Of a stretch of DNA of 64,000 nt, positions 27,701 through 36,890 are shown in pieces. The DNA is from Dehalococcoidia bacterium (GTDB lineage: Bacteria; Chloroflexota; Dehalococcoidia; Bin125). The position numbers and the translations under genes were made by a program. The stretch is from positions 1,088,001-1,152,000 of the forward strand of contig OY820591.1 in the NCBI GenBank assembly GCA_963555985.3, written 5' to 3'. The notes beneath the pieces are model-generated. The model ran no database searches and was not told the DNA's origin. It saw only the letters and a list, made by a program, of their open reading frames with translations. Within the stretch, counting starts at the first letter, position 1. Every line of letters begins with the position of its first letter.

Positions 27701-30151
27701 ATGACCCTCTATGCACGAGTTGCGGTGCTTTCCGGGTCTCCCCTGCGCGGCCCATTCACGTACTCCGTTCCCGAATCGCTTGAGCTTCGAAGGGGCCATG
27801 CGGTGATCGTGCCCTGGCGCTCGCAGTATGCGCTTGGCATCATCCTCGCCATTGAGAGTGACTCCGATTACGAGAATCCACGCCCGGTTGAGCGGATACT
27901 CGACGCCGAGCCGCTGCTTGATGCGCGGCAACTGGCTCTCGCTGAGTGGATCGCGGAGCGCTATCTCGCCCCGATCGCCGATTGCGTGGCGTTGTTCCTG
28001 CCGCCCGGTACGCCGCGCCGCCCAAAGCGTTCGGCGTCCGGCTTTCGCCCAGTCATTCCCAAGCCGCGTCTGGCTCCAGTCCAGTTGGGCCGCGCGTTGG
28101 ACGCTGAGCGACATGCCCGGCTGATCGACGAGTGGCCTCAGAGCCGCCGCTCCCGTCCTGCTGCCCTGCTTGACGCCTTGCGCGACGGCCCGCTCGATTA
28201 CGCGGACGCGGCGCGTCTCTTTGGCGGCGCGGCAAACTTGGCGCGTTGGCTGTCGCGGACGACGCTGGCGGCTTCGGACGGCGAGCAGGTTCACTTGGTT
28301 GTCGGAGAAGATGAAGCCGGTGAAGCTGCGGCTGCGTTGCGCCGAACGGCGGCGGAGCGGAGACAGCTGCGGCTCCTGCGCGCGGTAGCTGCCGGTGAGG
28401 TCGATGAAGCCGACGCTTGCCGAGCCACCGGCGCTACGCGCGCCGATGTCCGACTGCTTGAGCGGCTCGGCTACTTGACTCGTTCGTCGGTTCCCTTTGC
28501 GGCGAACGTACTTGTGGAGGCCGAACCGCCCCCCGAGCTCACGGATGCGCAGGGGGCGGCGGTGGAGGCGCTTCGAGGCTCGCTCTTTGCAGACGACGGC
28601 TCGATTCATCTGCTTCACGGCGTCACCGGCAGCGGCAAGACCGAGGTATATCTCGCTGCGACCGCCGACGCTCTGGCTGGCGGCGGCGGCGTGATCGTGC
28701 TGGTACCTGAGATCGCATTGGCTCCGCAGACCGTCGCCCGCTTTGAGGCCCGCTTCCCCGGACAAGTTGCGGTTCAGCATTCTGAACTCAAGCCTGCCGA
28801 TGCGCGTGAGCAATGGCGGCAGTTGCGCAGCGGCGCAAAGCGCATCCTGGTCGGCGCGCGCTCGGCGTTGTTCGGGCCGGTGCAGAAGCTTGCGCTGGTG
28901 ATTCTGGACGAGGAACACGAGTGGACGTACAAGCAGACCGACCCCCAGCCGCGATATCAGGCGCGAGCCGTCGCTCAGCGGATGGCCCAGGAATGGGAGG
29001 TGGTCACGCTGCTCGGCTCGGCCACGCCCGATCTGGTCAGCATGGCCGATGCGCGCGCGGGACACGCGGGTCTGCTGATCTTGCCCGAGCGGATCGAGAG
29101 TGGACGCGCAGGGCCCCACGCGCTGATCCCGCCGCCGGTAGTCGAAGTGGTGGATATGCGCGAAGAGCTGGAGGCGGGGGTCCGATCGGTCTTCAGCCGG
29201 GCGCTTGACGCCGCCATCTCCGAGACGCTCGCAAGCAACGCGCAGCTCATCCTCTTCCTGAATCGGCGCGGACTTTCCGGGCTGGTCTGCCGCAACTGCG
29301 GCGAGACCGTTCAGTGCAGCCGCTGCGCGATTGCCTTGACGCTTCACCGTCCGGGGCCGCTGCTCCGGTGTCACGAGTGCGGACTGCGCGAGCCGCCGCC
29401 GACCCTGTGCCCAAGCTGCGGCGACGCTCGGATTCGGGCGATGAGCTTCGGCTCGGATCGTCTGGTGGATGAAGTCCGCCGCCGCTGGGGAGACGTAGGC
29501 ATCACCCGTTGGGATCGGGACAGCGCGCGCCGGATTGGACACGCCGAAATCCTGCGCGAGTTTGCCGAGGGTCGAGCTCAAATCCTGATCGGCACGCAGA
29601 TGATCGCGAAGGGACTTGATCTCCCGCGGGTCACGCTTGCGGGAGTTGTGAATGCAGATCTGTCGCTGCGCGAGGCGGATTACACGGCTGCGGAGCGGAC
29701 CTTTCAGCTGCTGACCCAAGTCGCCGGTCGCGCCGGCCGGGGCGGCACCGGCGGCCGCGTGATCATTCAGACCTACGCGCCGGACCACTACGCTGTCGCC
29801 GCTGCCGCCGCTCACGACTACGACGCTTTCTACGAGACCGAGCTTCGTCTCCGCTCGGCGCTTGATTATCCCCCCTTCGGGCGGCTCGCCCGTCTCACCG
29901 TTTCGCGGACGAGCGCGGCCGAAGCGGCTGCAGAAGCGGATCGGGTGGCCGCCTTGCTTCAGGAGCGGCGCATGAGGCATGAGCGCTCCGCAACTGAAAT
30001 CATTGGCCCCGCTCCGGCCTGGCCCGAACGCAGACGCGGGCAGCATCGGCGTCAAATTCTGCTGCGCGGTTCCGATCCCGCCGAGCTGCTGCGTGAGATC
30101 GACTTCCCGCGCGGCTGGTCGATCGACATCGATCCGGTGGGGAGTCACTAG
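27701..30151 (+). CDS. priA: Primosomal protein N'
   Basis: LHGVTGSGKTEVY, DEEHE, four CxxC motifs, GTQMIAKGLD, QVAGRAGR. Confidence 0.95.
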   Translation: MTLYARVAVLSGSPLRGPFTYSVPESLELRRGHAVIVPWRSQYALGIILAIESDSDYENPRPVERILDAEPLLDARQLALAEWIAERYLAPIADCVALFLPPGTPRRPKRSASGFRPVIPKPRLAPVQLGRALDAERHARLIDEWPQSRRSRPAALLDALRDGPLDYADAARLFGGAANLARWLSRTTLAASDGEQVHLVVGEDEAGEAAAALRRTAAERRQLRLLRAVAAGEVDEADACRATGATRADVRLLERLGYLTRSSVPFAANVLVEAEPPPELTDAQGAAVEALRGSLFADDGSIHLLHGVTGSGKTEVYLAATADALAGGGGVIVLVPEIALAPQTVARFEARFPGQVAVQHSELKPADAREQWRQLRSGAKRILVGARSALFGPVQKLALVILDEEHEWTYKQTDPQPRYQARAVAQRMAQEWEVVTLLGSATPDLVSMADARAGHAGLLILPERIESGRAGPHALIPPPVVEVVDMREELEAGVRSVFSRALDAAISETLASNAQLILFLNRRGLSGLVCRNCGETVQCSRCAIALTLHRPGPLLRCHECGLREPPPTLCPSCGDARIRAMSFGSDRLVDEVRRRWGDVGITRWDRDSARRIGHAEILREFAEGRAQILIGTQMIAKGLDLPRVTLAGVVNADLSLREADYTAAERTFQLLTQVAGRAGRGGTGGRVIIQTYAPDHYAVAAAAAHDYDAFYETELRLRSALDYPPFGRLARLTVSRTSAAEAAAEADRVAALLQERRMRHERSATEIIGPAPAWPERRRGQHRRQILLRGSDPAELLREIDFPRGWSIDIDPVGSH

Positions 30152-30465
30152 AAAAAATCTCTGGGCGGCCGGGAAAAGGGGCGAGCGGCGTTCAGCCTTG
30201 AATTTTTTCTGACCGCGCAGATTGCGGATCTCCTGTACTGGCTGGGAGAATCGCTGTTTGAGGTGGTTGGTGATGGAAAGTTTTGAGTAGTTTTGATCGA
30301 TCTGGTGGAGAGGAATGGTTCCTGTTGGCAGGGGCGGCGGGCATTGAGTGTGCGTCGTCGATTTGCGGGGATGTGCATAGGGGCATCCTTCTGGGGTGTG
30401 CCGTGTACTGATGTTCTGATTAGAGTAGCCGATCTTGGATGGGAGTGGTTGTGGCGTGGGTGACA
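30152..30465 (-). other. Dispersed intergenic element C (TGTCAC, TACTCT, GAAC-N4-GTAC box, short 10-bp tandem)
   Basis: Minus strand ctactctaatcagaacatcagtac matches ctaccctagacagaacaccagtcc at 15132-15155. Confidence 0.5.
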
Positions 30466-30506
30466 GATGGGAGTTCCGCGCAGGGCTTCGCAGGGTGCGG
30501 CTGGGT

Positions 30507-31319
30507 TTAGAACACTTCGAACGCTACGCGCGCTGCGACGGCGAACATGCCGAGCGCTAGCAGTCGGGCTAGCCCTGACTCGCCGACGCGCTCGGTGACT
30601 CGCAATCCGATTGGATTCGAGATCAGCGCCCCGATCAGCAGCGGCGGTACATCCTCCAGGGGGTCGCCGAATTGCTGCGTTGCGGTGTGATAGACCACGA
30701 CGGCGATCGCGATGCAGACGACGATGGCGTGCGAGGCCGGGATCGCAAGCCAGACGGGCAGGCGCATGACCCGGACGGCGAGAAAGCTGAAGAACAGTCC
30801 GCCGCCGATTCCGGCGAGCGCCGTCACGGCCGCGGTCAGGCCTGTTGAGGCGAGCGTGCGTCGGACCGGTATCCAATAGAGCCAAAGCTGGCCGTAGCTG
30901 TCTCGCTTCATTCGGCGCCAGCCACGCCGCCCGACGGTGCCCGCGTTGCCCGTCGGTCTCCAGATCAGATAGAGCGCCAGCGCGACTAACAAGACTGTGA
31001 GGCCAGCGGCGAAGACTTCGCGCGGCAGGCGTGCAGTGCCGGTTGCGCCAATCAGTCCGGCGGGTACTGCGATCGCGGCAACCAGCCCCACCGCGCGGTA
31101 ATCGATCCGGCCCGCTCGTGCGAGCCGCAGGGTCGAGAGGCCGCTTAGCCCGATCACGAGGCACATTGAGGCGAGCGCGATCTCGGCGGGCTGGGCTTCG
31201 CCGTGTCGGGCGAGGAGCACCGGCGTGAAGAGGAAGCCGCCGCCTGCGCCGACGGCGGTTGCGTAGACGCCGATCGCGAGGCCGAGGCCGATCAGGGCGA
31301 GGAACTCAACCCAGTCCAT
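30507..31319 (-). CDS. TauE/SafE-family membrane transporter
   Basis: GAGGGFLFTP and GIGGG repeats; about 8 TM helices. Confidence 0.85.
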   Translation of the reverse strand: MDWVEFLALIGLGLAIGVYATAVGAGGGFLFTPVLLARHGEAQPAEIALASMCLVIGLSGLSTLRLARAGRIDYRAVGLVAAIAVPAGLIGATGTARLPREVFAAGLTVLLVALALYLIWRPTGNAGTVGRRGWRRMKRDSYGQLWLYWIPVRRTLASTGLTAAVTALAGIGGGLFFSFLAVRVMRLPVWLAIPASHAIVVCIAIAVVVYHTATQQFGDPLEDVPPLLIGALISNPIGLRVTERVGESGLARLLALGMFAVAARVAFEVF

Positions 31320-31366
31320 GGGCTGGGCGTCCTGACCGGCGCGCAGTCGTGGTTGGTGTGCGGCCG

Positions 31367-31416
31367 GACCCCCCTCTGTCACTCCGTGACATCTCCTTCC
31401 GCGATGCGGGGGGAGG
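31367..31416. repeat. REP-like repeat family 1 (variant copy)
   Basis: gacccccctctgtcactccgtgacatctccttccgcgatgcggggggag, with compensatory changes in the first hairpin. Confidence 0.75.
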
Positions 31417-31488
31417 GGGGATCCGGATTTTGCAAGGCTCTCCGTTCGCGGGCATGAGGCGGATCGTGTTCAGCCGATGGGGATGGGT

Positions 31489-32160
31489 CTAGCTTCGGTT
31501 TGGGATTTTTGGGATCAGCCAACTGAGGAAGGCGTCTTGGCTTCGGGTCTGCATGTAGAAGCGTCCTGGGCCTTCGACTTTGCAGACGAGGCCTTCACCG
31601 GAGAACAGGGTCGTTTTCCAGCCACCGGATCGGGAGACGGAGTAGTGCATGGTCTCGTCGAAAGCGACCATGTGACCGGTATCGACGGTGTAGCGCTCGC
31701 CAGCGCGCAGTTCTTTGAGATGGATCGCGCCGTAGCTGGAAATGAAGAGGGTGCCATAGCCGCTGCAACGGAGCAGGATCAGACCCTCGCCGGAGAAGAA
31801 GCTCTTTGCCCCGCCCCAGCTGGTATCGACCTTGATGTCCGGGGTGGCGGCCAGGAACGAGCCTGACTGGACCAGCACGGAGCCGCCGTTCAGTTCGAGC
31901 GCTTCCACATCGCCCGGCAAGCTGGGCGCGATCGTGACCTCGCCGGTCTGCTCGGCGGTGAAGGTGTTGATGAAAAAGCTCTCTCCACCCAAGACTGAGC
32001 GCTTGAGACCGCCCAAGAGTCCGCCTTTGGCGGACGTCTCCAGGTTGATGCTGTCGGACATGCTCACCATTGCGCCCGCTTCGGCTTGCAGCTGTTCGCC
32101 GCTGGCGAGCTCGATTCGTCCGAGCGCGTAGGACGGCCGGTGCAGGATCTCGTATCGCAT
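31489..32160 (-). CDS. TIGR00266/AIM24-family protein
   Basis: AEAGAMVSM, GGESFFIN, FSGEGL, VDTGHMVAF. Confidence 0.88.
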   Translation of the reverse strand: MRYEILHRPSYALGRIELASGEQLQAEAGAMVSMSDSINLETSAKGGLLGGLKRSVLGGESFFINTFTAEQTGEVTIAPSLPGDVEALELNGGSVLVQSGSFLAATPDIKVDTSWGGAKSFFSGEGLILLRCSGYGTLFISSYGAIHLKELRAGERYTVDTGHMVAFDETMHYSVSRSGGWKTTLFSGEGLVCKVEGPGRFYMQTRSQDAFLSWLIPKIPNRS

Positions 32161-32207
32161 TCATTCACTCCGTTTCGTTCCGCCGCAGGTTTCGAGCTCA
32201 CACTAGG

Positions 32208-33071
32208 TCAGCCGGAGTGTGCGCGCAGAAACTCACGAATTGCATCGAGGGTGGCTGGCAACTTCTCAGGTGAGCGCGCGTCTACGTCCAAGCAGCGTGC
32301 ATTGGGCGCCTCGTTGCAGATGCGATGGCCGATCCCGGTTGGGTGGAATGGGTCTGAGCCGGGGAGCACCAGCATGGGCGCGTAGGAGCGTTGGACCGAG
32401 ACCTCGTTGACCGCGAAGTAGGGCGGGAGGTTCGGCCACATCCCGTCGCGGAATTCGACCACGAGGGCGATGTAGGCCTCTCGGCGCATGGTGCGGACGG
32501 CGTCGGCGAAGAGCGGTTCGTCGTGGATGCGCTGGGCGAAGGGTCCGGCCTCGTTGTTCTGCATGAACACAGGATCGCGCTGGGCGGCCGCGATCACGGC
32601 CTCAAGTCCCTCGGCGCGGCAGAGGCGGATGGTGGGATTGAACATGTCGTAGAAGGTCTCGGGCGAATTGGTTTCGTCGAGGCCGACCGGATCCTGCATG
32701 ACCAGACCGGCGACGCGGGCGGGTGCCTGATCGGCGAGGCGGAGCGCGTAGGCGCAGCCGATGCAGCCGCCCATGACGTGCGCTCGGGGCACGTCCAGAT
32801 CGTTGAGCACGGCGATCTGATCGAGCATTGCTTTCTCGTAGTTGAACGGCTCGAGTGCGGTCTTGCTTTGGCCGCAATGGCGCTGATCCATACCGATCAC
32901 CATGAACTCGTCGGAGAACGATTCGATCGGGTTGATGATCGAGCGCTGCCAGAACTCGATCTGGGAGTTGACGCCGCCGGGGGCGAAGAGGAGGAGGGGC
33001 GTGCCTCCGTTGCTCTCGCCGAAGACTTGGTAGTGGATCGTGGTCCCGTCCGGTCGCATGACTTCAGCCAT
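32208..33071 (-). CDS. Alpha/beta hydrolase
   Basis: LLLFAPGG, MDQRHCGQS, nucleophile elbow GGCIG, DPFHP. Confidence 0.8.
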   Translation of the reverse strand: MAEVMRPDGTTIHYQVFGESNGGTPLLLFAPGGVNSQIEFWQRSIINPIESFSDEFMVIGMDQRHCGQSKTALEPFNYEKAMLDQIAVLNDLDVPRAHVMGGCIGCAYALRLADQAPARVAGLVMQDPVGLDETNSPETFYDMFNPTIRLCRAEGLEAVIAAAQRDPVFMQNNEAGPFAQRIHDEPLFADAVRTMRREAYIALVVEFRDGMWPNLPPYFAVNEVSVQRSYAPMLVLPGSDPFHPTGIGHRICNEAPNARCLDVDARSPEKLPATLDAIREFLRAHSG

Positions 33072-33181
33072 TGCCGCGCTCCTCTCAAACGCGCTCAGTG
33101 TATCCGCAGGGTGTTGCCGGCCGGCAGGGGGGCGGCTGATTTCGCTAGTATTTCGGTAGCTGACGATTGGCAGGATTTTTC

Positions 33182-34510
33182 ATGGTCACGACCGAAGCCC
33201 CTCGACTCTCGCTCGACACGCTGGACATCACCGACTCGGACCGGTACCGGGACTTTGGGTATCCCTGGGCGGAGTGGGACCTGTTGCGGCGGGAATCTCC
33301 GGTGTTCTGGTATCAGCGGCCGGGGTTTGAGCCGTTCTGGGCGATCACGAAACATGCGGATATTCGCTACATTTCGTCGCATCCGGAGCTGTTCTCGAAC
33401 TCACAGATGCTGAGGCTGAACACCGCGCAGAAGCTCGCGCAGCAGCAGACGGAGCGGGAGTTTCAGATCAACCGGACGGGGGGCGATCCTTCGGACCCGC
33501 AGGACTTTATCTGGATGGATCCGCCGGAGCACCGGATGCACCGGGGGATTGTGGCTCGACACTTCACGCCTCGGGTGATGAAGACGCTGGAGGATCACTT
33601 CGCGGAGATGGCGGAGGACTACGTCTCGGACTTTGCGGAGAAGGTGGTGGCGAGCTTCGCCGAGCGCGGGGTGGAGTCGGCGGTTGACGTGGTGCATGAG
33701 CTGTCGGCGAAGCTGCCGGTGGCGGCGATCTGCGACATGGGCGGGGTACCGGAAGAGGACTGGGAGAAGATCTTCCAGTGGACGGAGACGTTTGCGGGGC
33801 AGGACGATCCGGAGTACTGGGAGCCGGGCGAGACGTCGATCCAGGCGACGCAGCGGGTGGTGCGGGAGTGGTTCCGGCATACGCAGAGTCTGATTGAGGA
33901 GCGTCAGCGGAACGGGTTCGGGGACGATTTGCTGAGCGATCTGTTGCGGGCGGAGGTTGACGGGCGCAAGCTGACGCCGGACGAGGTGCACAACTACTTC
34001 TTCCTGCTGCTGGCGGCAGGCAATGAGACGACGCGGAATGCGATCACGGGCGGGGTGAAGGCGCTGCTGGATCATCCGGAGCAGATGCAGATGCTGGTGG
34101 ACGATCCGTCGCTGGTGCCGTCGGCGGTGGAGGAGATCCTGCGCTGGACCTCGATCGTGATCCAGTTCCAGCGGACAGCGGTGCAAGACGTGGAGCTTGG
34201 TGGTCAACTGATTCGCAAGGGGGAGTCGGTGGTGTTGTGGTATCCGTCGGCGAACCGGGACGAGGAAGTGTTTGAGGATCCGTACCGGTTCGACATTACG
34301 CGCACAGAGAACGATCACTTTGCGTTTGGCGGGTACGGGGAGCACTTCTGCTTGGGGGCGAACCTGGCTCGGTGGGAGATGCGTTCGATCTTTCATGCGT
34401 TGCGGCCGATCCTGCCGCAGTTGGAGATTGCGGCGGATCCGGAGTACGTGATCTCGTTCCTGCACGTGGGCGGGATCAAGCGGCAGATGGTTCGCTACCG
34501 CCCGGCCTGA
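33182..34510 (+). CDS. Cytochrome P450 (paralog 1)
   Basis: MDPPEH, AAGNETT, EEILR, FAFGGYGEHFCLG. Confidence 0.95.
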   Translation: MVTTEAPRLSLDTLDITDSDRYRDFGYPWAEWDLLRRESPVFWYQRPGFEPFWAITKHADIRYISSHPELFSNSQMLRLNTAQKLAQQQTEREFQINRTGGDPSDPQDFIWMDPPEHRMHRGIVARHFTPRVMKTLEDHFAEMAEDYVSDFAEKVVASFAERGVESAVDVVHELSAKLPVAAICDMGGVPEEDWEKIFQWTETFAGQDDPEYWEPGETSIQATQRVVREWFRHTQSLIEERQRNGFGDDLLSDLLRAEVDGRKLTPDEVHNYFFLLLAAGNETTRNAITGGVKALLDHPEQMQMLVDDPSLVPSAVEEILRWTSIVIQFQRTAVQDVELGGQLIRKGESVVLWYPSANRDEEVFEDPYRFDITRTENDHFAFGGYGEHFCLGANLARWEMRSIFHALRPILPQLEIAADPEYVISFLHVGGIKRQMVRYRPA

Positions 34511-34559
34511 GCGCGGCGCTGCCGTAGCATGTCGATGAGCAAGACTGAGAGGGGTTGAC

Positions 34560-35888
34560 ATGGTTACCGCCGAGGCACCGGGAATGACGCTCGACACTGT
34601 CGATATCACGAATTCGGATCGCTACCGGGACGAGGGCTACCCGTGGGCGGAATGGGACTTGCTGCGCCGCGAAGCGCCGGTCTACTGGTACCAGCGGCCG
34701 GGGTATGAGCCGTTCTGGGCGATCACCAAACACGCCGATATTCGCTTCATCTCGTCGCATCCCGAGCTGTTCTCGAACAAGCAGATGCTGCGGCTGAACA
34801 CGGCGCGGAAGCTGGGCACGGCGCAGCGGAGCCGGGATTTGCAGATGAACTTCACGGGAGGCGATCCGGCTGACCCGCCCGATTTCATTTATATGGACCC
34901 ACCCGAGCACCGGCAGCATCGGAGTCTGGTAGCGCGGCACTTCACGCCGCGGGTGATGAAGATGCTGGAGGATCACTTTGCGGAGATGGCGGAGAACTAC
35001 GTCTCCGACTTTGCGGACAAGGTGGTGAACGACTTTGCGGAGCGGGGGAAGTCGTCGGCGGTGGATCTGGTGCATGAGCTGTCGGCGAAGCTGCCGGTTG
35101 CGGCGATCTGCGATATGGGCGGGGTACCGGAGGAGGACTGGGATCAGATCTTTGAGTGGACGGAGGTCCTGGTTGGGGCTGATGATCCTGAGTTTCGGTT
35201 GCCGGGGGAGTCTCCGTCTCAAGCATCGCGGCGGATCGGCGAGGAATGGTTCCGCTACAACTACGAGCTGATTCAGCAGCGGCAGGCCGAGGGTCTGGGC
35301 GACGATCTCTTGAGCGATCTGTTGCGTGCGGAGGTTGACGGGCGCAAGCTGTCGCCGGCTGAGATTCATGGGTACTTCGTGCTGCTATTGGCGGCGGGGA
35401 ACGAGACCACTCGCAACTCGATCAGCGGCGGGGTGAAAGCGCTGCTGGATCATCCTGAGCAGATGCAGATGCTGGTGGACGACGCCTCGCTGGTGCCGTC
35501 GGCGGTTGAGGAGATTCTGCGCTGGACGTCGATCGTGATTCAGTTCCAGCGGACGGCGGTCGAAGATGTCGAGTTGCGGGGCAAGCAGATTCGCAAGGGC
35601 GAGTCGGTGGTGTTGTGGTATCCGTCGGCGAACCGGGATGAGGATGTGTTCGAGGATCCGTACCGGTTCGACATCATGCGCGAGGAGAACGATCACTTCG
35701 CGTTTGGCGGGTACGGCGAACACTTCTGTCTGGGGGCGAACTTGGCTCGCTGGGAGATGCGCTCGATCTTCCATGCGCTGCGTCCGGTGCTGCCGCAGTT
35801 GGAGCTGGCGGCTCCGCCGGAGAATGTGATCGCATTCCTACACGTAGGCGGGATCAAGCGGCAGCTGGTACGTCACCGTCCGGGGTGA
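34560..35888 (+). CDS. Cytochrome P450 (paralog 2)
   Basis: Same motifs; highly similar to paralog 1. Confidence 0.95.
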   Translation: MVTAEAPGMTLDTVDITNSDRYRDEGYPWAEWDLLRREAPVYWYQRPGYEPFWAITKHADIRFISSHPELFSNKQMLRLNTARKLGTAQRSRDLQMNFTGGDPADPPDFIYMDPPEHRQHRSLVARHFTPRVMKMLEDHFAEMAENYVSDFADKVVNDFAERGKSSAVDLVHELSAKLPVAAICDMGGVPEEDWDQIFEWTEVLVGADDPEFRLPGESPSQASRRIGEEWFRYNYELIQQRQAEGLGDDLLSDLLRAEVDGRKLSPAEIHGYFVLLLAAGNETTRNSISGGVKALLDHPEQMQMLVDDASLVPSAVEEILRWTSIVIQFQRTAVEDVELRGKQIRKGESVVLWYPSANRDEDVFEDPYRFDIMREENDHFAFGGYGEHFCLGANLARWEMRSIFHALRPVLPQLELAAPPENVIAFLHVGGIKRQLVRHRPG

Positions 35889-35940
35889 GGCGGCGCTGTC
35901 TGCGATGTAGGGTTGGCCCAAGGACGAGACGGGGCGTGCA

Positions 35941-36522
35941 ATGGTTCGGCGGAAGGCGCTGACCAAGTTCAAGTACAAGCCGGAGAAGTTCCGGGAGTTG
36001 ATCGTGTACATTGCGCGGCGATGTGCCGATGACCCGACCTTTGGCTCGGTCAAGCTGAACAAAATTCTGTTCTACGCCGACTTTGCCGCCTATCGACAGT
36101 TGCGGGAACCGATCACGGGTGCCACGTACCGGAAGCTGTCGGAGGGTCCGGCGCCGAAAGAACTACTCCGGGCGCGCGACGCGCTGATCGACTCGGGGCG
36201 GATCGAGATGGAGGCTCGCACATATTTCGGCTTGGTGCAGAAGCGCCCGGTTGTGGTACCTGGGAGCACAATCGATACGTCGGTGTTTTCCCAGACCGAA
36301 CTTGACATCGTAGACGAGACGGTCGAGTTCTTCCGGGGTAAGTCGGCGCGAGAGGTGTCCGATTACTCGCACCGAGAGCCGGGCTGGATTCTGGCTGAGG
36401 AGCTCGAAGAGATTCCCTACCAGACTGCGCACCTCAACTCGGAGCCGATAGACCAGGAGACTCAGTTGCGCGCGCTGGAGATTGCCCGCGAACTCGAAGC
36501 GTCGCGTCGCGCTGGCGGCTAG
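35941..36522 (+). CDS. Panacea/SocA (DUF4065) antitoxin-like protein
   Basis: KLNKILFYAD...ITGATY.....GP.P, SAREVSDYSH.EPGW. Confidence 0.8.
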   Translation: MVRRKALTKFKYKPEKFRELIVYIARRCADDPTFGSVKLNKILFYADFAAYRQLREPITGATYRKLSEGPAPKELLRARDALIDSGRIEMEARTYFGLVQKRPVVVPGSTIDTSVFSQTELDIVDETVEFFRGKSAREVSDYSHREPGWILAEELEEIPYQTAHLNSEPIDQETQLRALEIARELEASRRAGG

Positions 36523-36525
36523 CCG

Positions 36526-36807
36526 ATGCCGATTGGAAGTGGATGGGCACTCGACGATACGGAGCGATATCGGGCCGAGTACGACGAAGTGGTTCTCGGC
36601 GACGTTTGGCTCGAGGATCAGATTGAGATTCTCTGCCAGGGGCTGCTACGTGGGCCTGCTGGGCCTCCTTTCGCAGAGCGGATACTAGGCACCTATTGGT
36701 ATGCGGTCCTGCCAGGACCGCCACAATTGATGGTCTTGTACACGGTGGACGAGGACGCTCGGGAAATCCTGCTGGAGAGTTTGCGGGTGTCGCAGTCGTA
36801 CGACTAG
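36526..36807 (+). CDS. Putative toxin, RelE/ParE-like size and C-terminus
   Basis: 93 aa, 3 nt after the antitoxin; ends LMVLYTVDEDAREILL. Confidence 0.5.
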   Translation: MPIGSGWALDDTERYRAEYDEVVLGDVWLEDQIEILCQGLLRGPAGPPFAERILGTYWYAVLPGPPQLMVLYTVDEDAREILLESLRVSQSYD

Positions 36808-36890
36808 GCAGAAGCTAGGCGCCGTGCCTTCGTCGAATTCGCTATCCTCGTTGCATCCGCAGCCCTTCCTCGATCGAATAGGAGCCACGC

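Noticed and set aside
27632-30148. 838-aa minus-strand ORF (also 38109-41120 -, 53528-55852 +, 47176-48735 +, 56131-57897 -)
   Set aside because: Antisense shadows of well-supported genes, expected in high-GC DNA; no motifs
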